The notes below the pieces were generated by a model, which was not told the origin of the DNA, did no database searches, and saw nothing but the letters and a program-made list of their open reading frames with translations. Shown here piece by piece: positions 30,606 through 38,413 of a DNA stretch of 49,604 bases (position 1 is its first letter; each line of letters opens with the position of its first letter). The stretch spans positions 1 to 49,604 of the forward strand of contig JANMBR010000049.1 of NCBI GenBank assembly GCA_031360505.1, written 5' to 3'. The DNA comes from Acidobacteriota bacterium. Lineage in GTDB: Bacteria > Acidobacteriota > Thermoanaerobaculia > UBA5066 > Gp7-AA6. Made by a program: the position numbers and the translations under genes.

Positions 30606-32009
30606 ATGCTCCCGCGTCCGGTTCCCGTCTCCGCGCCGCCGCGCCCCTATACGGTCTCGGAGCTGCTCGCCGAGGTGTCCGGTGTGCTCCGGGCGACCTG
30701 GAGGGACGTGTCGGTCGTCGGGGAGATCGGCCGCTTCGACCTGCGCGGCGGCCACGGCTATTTCGCCCTGAAGGACCAGACGGCCTCGTTGCCCGCCATC
30801 ATCTTTGCCTCGGACTTGAAGCGCGTGCCGTTCCGGATGGAGCCTGGCCTCGAGGTCGTCGTGCGCGGCGCGCTCGACCTCTATGCCCCGCAGGGCAAGT
30901 TCCAGATCAAGGCCTTTGCCGTCGAGCCCGTGGGCCGTGGCGCGCTGCAGCTGGCCTTCGAGCAGTTGAAGGCGCGGCTGGAGGCCGAGGGGCTCTTCGA
31001 CCCCGCGCGCAAGCGCGCGATCCCGAGGCTCCCGCGGCGGATCGCGGTCGTGACGTCGCCCACCGGAGCCGTCATCCGCGACATCCTGCACGTGCTGGCG
31101 CGGCGCTTCGAGGGCCTGGCCATCACCGTGTACCCGGTCCACGTCCAGGGAGAGCTCGCGGCCTCGGAGATCGCGGCCGCAATCGCGCACCTGAACCGCC
31201 GCGGCGGCTTCGACGTGCTGATCCTCGCCAGAGGCGGCGGTTCGCCCGAAGACCTTGCCCCCTTCAACGACGAGAGAGTGGCGCGCGCGCTCGCGGCGTC
31301 GGCGATGCCGACGATCTCGGCGGTGGGACACGAGACCGACGTCACGATTGCGGACCTCGTGGCCGACCTCCGGGCGCCGACGCCTTCGGCGGCGGCGGAG
31401 CTCGTCGTCGAGCGCAAGGACGAGATCGAGCGGCGCGTGGGTCTTGCCCGGCGGGCGGTCCTGCGCGCGCTGCGCTCGCGCCTCGTCCTCGAGCGGGCGC
31501 ACCTCGCGGGCCATGCGCGGTCGGACGCGGTCCTCGGGTTCCCGAGGCGCATCCGGGAGTGGAAGGAGCAGATCGTGCAGAGCCGCGACGCGCTCGTCAC
31601 GCTGCTCTCCCGCCGGCCGTCCGAGTACGCGGCGCGCGTGGCGGCGGCGCGGCGGCTGCTCGAGGACTTTTCGCGCGTGGCAGAGCTGGCGCGGCGCCGC
31701 GACCGCGTCGCCAACCTGACGTCCATGCTCGGTGAACGTTCGGGGCGGCGGCTCGAGCGGCGGCGAGCGGGCCTGCAGGAGCTTTCCCGCAAGCTCGAGA
31801 TCCTGAGCCCGCTCGCCGTGCTCGCGCGCGGCTACGCGGTGGCTTTCCGGGAGGGCTCGGCCGCGCCGATCACGGCGGCCGAGCAGGTGGCGGTGGGAGA
31901 GCGCATTCGCGTCCGGCTCCACGACGGGGAGCTCGGCGCCGTAGTGCGCGACGGTGGGCGGCTTGCCGGTGCAGGGCCGCTGTTCGGTGATCGGGAGGAG
32001 GAATCGTGA
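30606..32009 (+). CDS. xseA: Exodeoxyribonuclease VII large subunit
   Basis: GHGYFALKD, VVTSPTGAVIRD, ARGGGSPEDL..FNDE, SAVGHETD, RAPTPSAAAE, LARGYAV. Confidence 0.97.
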   Translation: MLPRPVPVSAPPRPYTVSELLAEVSGVLRATWRDVSVVGEIGRFDLRGGHGYFALKDQTASLPAIIFASDLKRVPFRMEPGLEVVVRGALDLYAPQGKFQIKAFAVEPVGRGALQLAFEQLKARLEAEGLFDPARKRAIPRLPRRIAVVTSPTGAVIRDILHVLARRFEGLAITVYPVHVQGELAASEIAAAIAHLNRRGGFDVLILARGGGSPEDLAPFNDERVARALAASAMPTISAVGHETDVTIADLVADLRAPTPSAAAELVVERKDEIERRVGLARRAVLRALRSRLVLERAHLAGHARSDAVLGFPRRIREWKEQIVQSRDALVTLLSRRPSEYAARVAAARRLLEDFSRVAELARRRDRVANLTSMLGERSGRRLERRRAGLQELSRKLEILSPLAVLARGYAVAFREGSAAPITAAEQVAVGERIRVRLHDGELGAVVRDGGRLAGAGPLFGDREEES

Positions 32010-32284
32010 CGGCGCGTTCAAAGAAAGAGAAGAGCTTCGAAGAGGCGATGGCGCGCCTCGAGGCAATCGTGGCCGAGCTCGAAGGGGAGGACCGCGGCCT
32101 CGACGCCCAGTTCGCGTTGTTCCAGGAAGGGATGGAGCTCGCGCGGTTCTGCGAAAAGAAGCTCGGCGAGGTGGAGAAGTCGGTCGAGATCGTGCTCCAG
32201 GAATCGGAGGGCGAGTGGAAGACCGCGCCTTTCGACCCGAATCCGGGCCGCGCCGCGGAGGACGACGATGACGAGCGCGACTGA
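32006..32284 (+). CDS. xseB: Exodeoxyribonuclease VII small subunit
   Basis: SFEEAMARLEAIVAELE...FQEGMELARFC..KL. Confidence 0.95.
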   Translation: MTARSKKEKSFEEAMARLEAIVAELEGEDRGLDAQFALFQEGMELARFCEKKLGEVEKSVEIVLQESEGEWKTAPFDPNPGRAAEDDDDERD

Positions 32285-33167
32285 CGTCGGGTCGTACCTG
32301 GCGTCCCGGCGCGAGGAAGTGGACCGCGGCCTCGACCGGCTGCTGCCGGCCGAGGCCGCCTGGCCGTCCAACCTGCATCGCGCCATCCGGCACTCGGTTT
32401 TCGCGGGCGGCAAGCGGCTGCGGCCGATCCTGTGCCTGGCGGCCGCGGACGTTCTCGGCGTGCCGGTCGAGGTCCTCGAGCCCGCGTGCGGCCTCGAGAT
32501 GATTCACACCTACTCGCTCATCCACGACGACCTGCCCGCGCTCGACAACGACGATCTGCGCCGCGGTGTGCCGACATGCCACGTCGTGTTCGGCGAGGCG
32601 ACCGCGATCCTCGCCGGCGACGCGCTGCTGACGCACGGCCTCGGCGTCTTCGCCCTCTACCCGAAGGCCGAGGAGCACGCCGCGGCCAAGGTCCGCGTCC
32701 TGCAGACGGTCGTCGAGGCCATCGGGACGCAGGGCATGATCGGCGGCCAGATGGCCGACATCGAGGCGGAGACGGAGGCTTCGCCGACGGCCGAGCTCTT
32801 GACGCGCATCCACGAGAACAAGACGGGCCGCCTGATGCGCGCCTCGCTGATGACGGGGGCGATCCTGGCCGGCGCGGACCAAGCCACGCTTTCGCGCGTG
32901 GACCTCTACGGCCGCCGGATCGGCCTGGCCTTCCAGATCAAGGACGACCTGCTCGACGTCGAGTCCGATGCCGCAACGCTCGGCAAGGCTTCCAACAAGG
33001 ATGCCGCGGCGGGCAAGGCCACGTTTCCGGTCGTGTGGGGCGTCGAGCGCTCGCGCACGCTGCTCGCGGAGAACATCGCGGAGGCCGTGGCAACGGCCGA
33101 GTCGCTGCCCCGCGGTGGCGGAGTCCTGCCCGATCTCGCGCGCTTCATCGGCGCGCGGAAGTCGTGA
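32268..33167 (+). CDS. ispA: Farnesyl/geranylgeranyl diphosphate synthase
   Basis: GGKRLRP, YSLIHDDLPALDNDDLRRG, GGQMAD, FQIKDDLLD. Confidence 0.95.
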   Translation: MTSATDVGSYLASRREEVDRGLDRLLPAEAAWPSNLHRAIRHSVFAGGKRLRPILCLAAADVLGVPVEVLEPACGLEMIHTYSLIHDDLPALDNDDLRRGVPTCHVVFGEATAILAGDALLTHGLGVFALYPKAEEHAAAKVRVLQTVVEAIGTQGMIGGQMADIEAETEASPTAELLTRIHENKTGRLMRASLMTGAILAGADQATLSRVDLYGRRIGLAFQIKDDLLDVESDAATLGKASNKDAAAGKATFPVVWGVERSRTLLAENIAEAVATAESLPRGGGVLPDLARFIGARKS

Positions 33168-34171
33168 AGGCGTTCGTCCAGTCCGCGGTCGGCAAGTACG
33201 GGGAAGAGGAGCGCGAGCGGCCCCGCCCGGGCTCGGGCGAGGTGGTCCTGCGCATGGGCGCGGCGCTGACGTGCGGGACGGATCTCAAACTTCTCGCGCG
33301 CGGTCACTCGCGCATCGCGCTGCCCGTGACGATGGGCCACGAGCTCTGCGGGGAGGTGTCCGAAGTCGGCGAAGGCGTGAGCGGCTGGAAGGTCGGAGAT
33401 CGCGCCGTGCCCGGCATCTCGGGGCCCTGCGGGCAGTGCGCGGACTGCCGCGCCGGGCGCGCCAACCTCTGCGCGGTCGGGCACACGGATCGGATGTGGG
33501 GCGCGTTTGCCGAATACGTCCGGATCCCGGCCGGCGTCGTCGTCGCGAACCTGCACCGAGTTCCCGCGGGCCTCGACGATGAAGTCGCGGCATTTCTCGA
33601 TCCGCTTGCCGCGGTGCTCCACGGCTGGAATCGCCTGCGCGCGCCCTCGGGTTCCCTGCTCGTCTACGGTGCCGGAGCCCTCGCGTTCCTGTGGGCATCG
33701 GTGGCGTCGCGGCGCGGGCTCGAGGTCGTCGTTGCGAGCCGGCGCCCGGAGCGCGCGGCGCTCGCCCAACGGTACGGTGCGCGCTTCGTGGACCTGACGC
33801 GCGAGGGCCCGGAAGCCCTGGGCGTTGCCGACATCGGTGTGGATTGCACGGGCGATCGCGCGGTCTGGGAGCGCCTTGCACAGCTCGTGCGGCCGGGCGG
33901 CCAGGTCCTGCTCTTCGGGGGCTGCGCGCCCGGCGCGCGCGTGAGCTTCGACGCTGCGCGGCTCCACTACGCCGAGATCACGCTGTGCGGGTCGTTCCAC
34001 TACACGCCCGCGGAGGCGCGGGCCGCAATGGATGCACTGGCCTCGAGCGAAGTGGATCCCCGCCCGCTGATCGCAGCCCGCGGGACCCTCGAGGACCTCC
34101 CGCGCTTTCTCGAGGCGCAGGCACGCGGCGAGGGCGTTCGTTACGCGGTCGCCGCGCGGGTCGGGCAATGA
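33164..34171 (+). CDS. Zinc-binding alcohol dehydrogenase family protein (threonine/sorbitol dehydrogenase-like)
   Basis: TCGTD, MGHE, CGQCADC..G..NLC. GTG start overlaps the ispA stop. Confidence 0.9.
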   Translation: MKAFVQSAVGKYGEEERERPRPGSGEVVLRMGAALTCGTDLKLLARGHSRIALPVTMGHELCGEVSEVGEGVSGWKVGDRAVPGISGPCGQCADCRAGRANLCAVGHTDRMWGAFAEYVRIPAGVVVANLHRVPAGLDDEVAAFLDPLAAVLHGWNRLRAPSGSLLVYGAGALAFLWASVASRRGLEVVVASRRPERAALAQRYGARFVDLTREGPEALGVADIGVDCTGDRAVWERLAQLVRPGGQVLLFGGCAPGARVSFDAARLHYAEITLCGSFHYTPAEARAAMDALASSEVDPRPLIAARGTLEDLPRFLEAQARGEGVRYAVAARVGQ

Positions 34172-34500
34172 GCGACTCGCATCGGAAGATCTACGCCATC
34201 GTGGCGAGAATCCCCCGCGGCCGCGTCGCAACCTACGGGCAGGTTGCCGTGCTGGCGGGGCTGCCGGGCCGCGCTCGCCTCGTGGGCTACGCTCTGAACG
34301 CGCTCGTCGAGGGCAGCGGCGTGCCCTGGCACAGGGTCATCAACGCCCGGGGCGAGGTCAGCGAGCGCTCGGACGGCGGGCCGGCTGGGCGCGTGCAGCG
34401 GCTGCTGCTCGTGCGCGAGCGCGTGCGTTTCGACGCCGGCGGCCGCGTCGCGCTCGAGCGATTCCGCTGGCGGCCGTCGCGGTTGTGGGCGGGCGCATGA
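34168..34500 (+). CDS. Alkyltransferase-like protein (Atl/YbaZ type, MGMT family)
   Basis: IPRGRVATYGQVA...ARLVG...PWHRVINARG: Trp replaces the PCHR cysteine. Confidence 0.92.
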   Translation: MSDSHRKIYAIVARIPRGRVATYGQVAVLAGLPGRARLVGYALNALVEGSGVPWHRVINARGEVSERSDGGPAGRVQRLLLVRERVRFDAGGRVALERFRWRPSRLWAGA

Positions 34501-35012
34501 TCCGGCCGCTGGCCCTCGCGCTGCTGCTCGCCGCGTCGGCATCCGATCCCGTGTCGTTTCCCGGCGCGGCCGAGGCGAAGGATCCCACGGGCCGTTACGC
34601 GGTGGTCGAGGCAGCGTCCACCGGCGGCCATGCATTGGACCTCCGTGACCTCAAGACCGGCGCCTCGCGGCTGCTGCAGCCGTACGGGCTTGCGGCGATC
34701 GTCCTGTGGGCGCCGGACGGGAGCGCGCTGGCGATCACGGATCGGGACAACCGCGATGCGTCGTCGGCCAGGGTGTTTTTCCCGGATCGTCCCGCCACGC
34801 CGGTGGACCTCGGAGCCGAGCTCGAGCGCGCTCATCCGTTGATGGGGGAGCGAACGGGCAACCGCCACGTCTACCTCGAAGCCGTGCGCTGGCTCGACAG
34901 GACGACGCTCCGGTTCCGGCTGCGCGGCTACGGCAGCCGCGACCCCGGGGGCTTCGACCTGCTGTTCGACTACTCGCTCGGCGGGAGTGTGCGCCGGGCG
35001 CGCAGCGTCTGA
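34497..35012 (+). CDS. Hypothetical secreted protein
   Basis: Signal peptide (MIRPLALALLLAASA) and a WAPDG beta-propeller-like repeat. ATGA coupling to the upstream gene. Confidence 0.7.
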   Translation: MIRPLALALLLAASASDPVSFPGAAEAKDPTGRYAVVEAASTGGHALDLRDLKTGASRLLQPYGLAAIVLWAPDGSALAITDRDNRDASSARVFFPDRPATPVDLGAELERAHPLMGERTGNRHVYLEAVRWLDRTTLRFRLRGYGSRDPGGFDLLFDYSLGGSVRRARSV

Positions 35013-35049
35013 ACCGGTAGCGGAGCCGCTCGGGCTAAAATCCGGGCGC

Positions 35050-35874
35050 TTGCCAGCCACCGTCGATCGCGCCGTCATCCTGGCCGCGGGCCGCGGCACC
35101 CGAATGGCGCAGCCGGACCCGGCCGCGCGCCTCGATTCCGCGCAGGCCGCGGCGGCCGACTCGGGGCGCAAGGGCATGGTCCCGTTCGGTCGGCCGTTTC
35201 TCGACTACGTGCTCTCGGCGCTTGCCGACGCCGGCATCCGCGAGGTCTGCATCGTCGTCGGGCCCGGGGGCAATGCGATCCGCGACCACTACGCGGCAGC
35301 GCCGCCGGCGCGGGTCCGCGTCGCATTCGCCGTCCAGGCGCTGCCCGTCGGTACGGCGAACGCGCTGCTGGCGGCTGAGTCGTTGATGGGCGGCGATGAC
35401 TTTCTCGCGCTCAACTGCGACAACTACTACCCGGTTTCGGCCATCCGCGCGCTCGCCCTGCTCGGCGAGCCGGGTCTGCCCGTGTTCGAGCGCGAGGCGC
35501 TGCTCGAAACCAGCAACTTCCCGAGGCAGCGCGTGGAGCGTTATGCGGTCCTGGAAGTGGACGCCGGCGGGTATCTTTCCGCCGTGGTGGAGAAACCGGG
35601 TGCGTCGTCGCCAGCCGATGGGGGCGAGGGCGGCGCCGTGCTCCTCAGCATGAACCTCTGGCGGTTTTCGCCCGCGATCTTCGAGGCGTGCCGGCGCGTG
35701 CCGCGCTCCGCGCGGGGAGAGTTCGAGCTTCCGCAGGCCGTAGCCTTCGGGATTCGGGAGATGGGCCTGTGCTTTCGCGCCGTGCCCTGCACCGAGGCAG
35801 TCCTGGACCTCTCGACGCGCGGCGACATTGCCGCGGTCGCCGAGCGCCTGCGAGGAATCGAGCCGCGCCCGTGA
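35050..35874 (+). CDS. Sugar-phosphate nucleotidyltransferase (NTP_transferase family)
   Basis: AVILAAGRGTRM, KGMVPFGRPFLDY, Q..PVGTANA, LNCDN, VEKP, SARGEFEL. Start uncertain. Confidence 0.88.
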   Translation: MPATVDRAVILAAGRGTRMAQPDPAARLDSAQAAAADSGRKGMVPFGRPFLDYVLSALADAGIREVCIVVGPGGNAIRDHYAAAPPARVRVAFAVQALPVGTANALLAAESLMGGDDFLALNCDNYYPVSAIRALALLGEPGLPVFEREALLETSNFPRQRVERYAVLEVDAGGYLSAVVEKPGASSPADGGEGGAVLLSMNLWRFSPAIFEACRRVPRSARGEFELPQAVAFGIREMGLCFRAVPCTEAVLDLSTRGDIAAVAERLRGIEPRP

Positions 35875-37223
35875 GTGGGGTCGAGGAGCGGCTGCTCGCG
35901 CAAGGCCTGCTGCCGGCCGAGGCGCGCCGGAAGAAGGAGCTCTTTGCCGACGTGGACCTTGCCCTGCGCGGGCTCGGGCACCCCGCGGACTCGGCGGCGC
36001 GCCGATGGTTCGTCCCCGGCCGCATCGAGATCCTCGGAAAGCACACCGACTACGCCGGCGGACGCAGCCTCCTCTGCGCGCTCGGCCGCGGATTCTGCGT
36101 GGGCGCCGTGCCCCGGTCGGACCGGATCGTGCGGATTGCCGACGCGGGCCGCGGCTTGGCGGGAGAGGTGCCGCTCGACGCCGACCTGGTGCCGTCGGCG
36201 GCGGGCTGGATGGTGTACGCGCAGACGGTGGCAGCCCGGATCGCTCAGAACTTCCCCGGAGAGCTGCGCGGCGCCGACATCGCCTTCGCGAGCGACCTGC
36301 CGCGTGCCTCGGGGATGTCGAGCTCGAGCGCGCTCGTCGTCGGCCTCTTTACGGCGCTGTCGGACGTGAATGCGTTGTCGGAGCGCCCGGAGTACGCCGC
36401 CGAGATTCGCGGGCCCGAAGACCTCGGCGGATACCTCGGCTGCCTCGAGAATGGCCGGAGCTTCGGCGCGCTCGGCGGCGACCGGGGCGTGGGCACGTTC
36501 GGCGGCAGCGAGGACCAGACCGCGATCCTGTGCTGCCGCGCGGGCGAGATCGCCCAGTACTCGTTCTGCCCGGTCCGCCACGAGCGCTCGATGCCGCTCG
36601 CGGGCGACTGGAGCTTCGTCGTCGCCTCGAGCGGCGTTGCCTCCGACAAGACCGGGGACGCCCGCGAAAGCTACAACCGCCTCTCGCTCGCCGTCTCGGC
36701 AATCCTCGCCCTCTGGAACCGCTCCACGGGCCGCCGCGACGAGTCGCTCCAGGCCGCACTGTCGGAGACGCTGGACGCGCCCGCGCGCATCCGGAGCCTG
36801 CTGCGCCTCCTGCCGGTCGAGGGCTATTCGCGGGAGTTCCTCGGCGGCCGGCTCGACCAGTTCCTCGAGGAGACGATGCGCATCGTGCCCACCGTCGGCG
36901 ACCTGCTCGTCAAGGGCGAGGTCGGATTGGTGGGCGAGCTCGTGGACCGGTCCCAGGCGCTCGCCGAGCAATGCCTCGGCAACCAGGTTCCCGAAACGAT
37001 CGCGCTCGCGCGGCTGGGCCGCGAGCTCGGCGCGGCCGCGGCGTCGGCGTTCGGAGGAGGGTTTGGAGGAAGCGTCTGGGCCCTCGTGAAGACGGAGGGA
37101 GCCGACGCATTCCGGCGCCGCTGGGCCGATCGGTACGCCGCTCGGTTCCCGGCGGTGACCGAGCAGTCGCGGTTCTTCGTGACGCGGCCGGGGCCGGCGG
37201 TGGTTGCCCTCGGGGGGCCGTAG
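35871..37223 (+). CDS. GHMP-family sugar kinase (galactokinase-like)
   Basis: PGRIEILGKHTDY, PRASGMSSSSA ATP loop, GSEDQ, GGGFGG. GTG overlaps the upstream stop. Confidence 0.88.
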   Translation: MSGVEERLLAQGLLPAEARRKKELFADVDLALRGLGHPADSAARRWFVPGRIEILGKHTDYAGGRSLLCALGRGFCVGAVPRSDRIVRIADAGRGLAGEVPLDADLVPSAAGWMVYAQTVAARIAQNFPGELRGADIAFASDLPRASGMSSSSALVVGLFTALSDVNALSERPEYAAEIRGPEDLGGYLGCLENGRSFGALGGDRGVGTFGGSEDQTAILCCRAGEIAQYSFCPVRHERSMPLAGDWSFVVASSGVASDKTGDARESYNRLSLAVSAILALWNRSTGRRDESLQAALSETLDAPARIRSLLRLLPVEGYSREFLGGRLDQFLEETMRIVPTVGDLLVKGEVGLVGELVDRSQALAEQCLGNQVPETIALARLGRELGAAAASAFGGGFGGSVWALVKTEGADAFRRRWADRYAARFPAVTEQSRFFVTRPGPAVVALGGP

Positions 37224-37274
37224 GGGAGGGGCTTGCCCCCTCCCGCGGGCGGCCGCAAGGGCCGCCCCCCCGAC
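37220..37274 (+). repeat. GTAG-type REP doublet (REPIN-like), copy A
   Basis: GTAG-GGGAGGGG-CTTG-CCCCCTCCC-GC-GGGCGGCC-GCAAG-GGCCGCCC; near-identical to 42761-42811. Confidence 0.75.
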
Positions 37275-37303
37275 CACGAATACGAGATCACAGGCTGAGT
37301 CGG

Positions 37304-38413
37304 CTACCGCCCGCCGATGGCCTCGGAGAGCGGCGCCGCCGCCTTCGGATTGAACGCCTGCCAGTCCTTCCCGAGCAGCCGGGCGACGGTCGCGGCAATC
37401 TGGCTCTGCGTGACGCGCGGCGCGTTCCTGCGCTCGCCGAGCGCGGGCGTGTCCGGCCCGAGGAAGGCAATCCACATGTTCTCGGCCCCCTCCACGTTCC
37501 AGTCGTGGTGCTTCCAGTTCTCGGGGCCGTCGCCGCGCCCGTGGTCGGTCGTGATGATGAAGGTCGTCTTGTCCTTGTACTGGGGCATCGTCTGCATCGC
37601 CATCCAGAGCTCGCGGATGAATCCGTCCACGTTGTGGGCCGATTGCAGGACGAGGTCGTAACGGCCGTTGTGGGCCCATTCGTCGGTCTCGCCGTAGCCG
37701 ACGAAGAGCAGGCGCGGCTTGTACTTCTCGACGTAGCCGAGCAGCGTCTGCTGCAGGAACGCATCCCACGGCATGTCGGAGAACTCACGCGTGGTGGTGC
37801 GGTAGAGCGTGTTGAGCAGCTCCTCGCGCGGCGTCGCCTTGCCCGTCACGGGCGGATCCCAGCCGGTGCGCATCGGCAGGCGGCTGCGGTCGCGGTTGAA
37901 GATGGCGGGGAAGACGTCCCAGCCCGCGACGACGGCGACGCGCTCGTGGAGCTCCGGCATGCCGTTGAACCACTCGAAGACGGAGACGTTGGGGTTCGGG
38001 CCGAACTCGTTCTTGTCGATGCGCGGGTCGCCCGCGCCGGTGATGATCTCGTTGTAGCCGGGGTAGGAGAACTTGTAGCCGTTGGTGACCTGCGCGGCGC
38101 TCCCGATGTCGGCATTGCCATAGATCTGGCCCTCTTTCGCAATGGTCGTCCAAAGGAAGGGCAGGAGCGCCTCGCGCCGCTGACTCGCAGTCTCGCGCCA
38201 GAACGCGGCCTTCGTCGCGTTGACGTCCTCGACGCCGCCCGGTTTGTCGCTGACGAGGGCCGTCTCCGCGCCGCGGAAGACATCCTGCCAGCGCAGGCCG
38301 TCGGTCACGATGACGACGACGTTCTCCGTCCTGGGCGCGGGCGCGGCGGTTGCGGCGCTTTGCGAAAGTGACCCGAGGAGCAGGCAGCCGAGGATCCGGA
38401 CCAGTCTTTTCAT
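37304..38413 (-). CDS. Secreted alkaline-phosphatase/phosphoglyceromutase superfamily protein
   Basis: Signal peptide [51 protein letters not shown] overlaps the upstream stop. Confidence 0.85.
   Translation of the reverse strand: MKRLVRILGCLLLGSLSQSAATAAPAPRTENVVVIVTDGLRWQDVFRGAETALVSDKPGGVEDVNATKAAFWRETASQRREALLPFLWTTIAKEGQIYGNADIGSAAQVTNGYKFSYPGYNEIITGAGDPRIDKNEFGPNPNVSVFEWFNGMPELHERVAVVAGWDVFPAIFNRDRSRLPMRTGWDPPVTGKATPREELLNTLYRTTTREFSDMPWDAFLQQTLLGYVEKYKPRLLFVGYGETDEWAHNGRYDLVLQSAHNVDGFIRELWMAMQTMPQYKDKTTFIITTDHGRGDGPENWKHHDWNVEGAENMWIAFLGPDTPALGERRNAPRVTQSQIAATVARLLGKDWQAFNPKAAAPLSEAIGGR

Noticed and set aside
18243-32882. Long minus-strand ORFs (18243-20492, 21910-24492, 25653-28058, 29112-32882)
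   Set aside because: Antisense shadows of well-supported housekeeping genes.
32432-33163. N-terminal extensions of ORFs 32432, 33691, 35688, 44146 and 22366 suggesting fusions or frameshifts
   Set aside because: They are off-frame overlaps with upstream genes. True starts overlap or closely follow the upstream stop codons, and no slippery sites were seen.
34168-34500. Active O6-methylguanine methyltransferase (ogt)
   Set aside because: The active-site motif is PWHRV, not PCHRV, which marks the non-catalytic ATL family.
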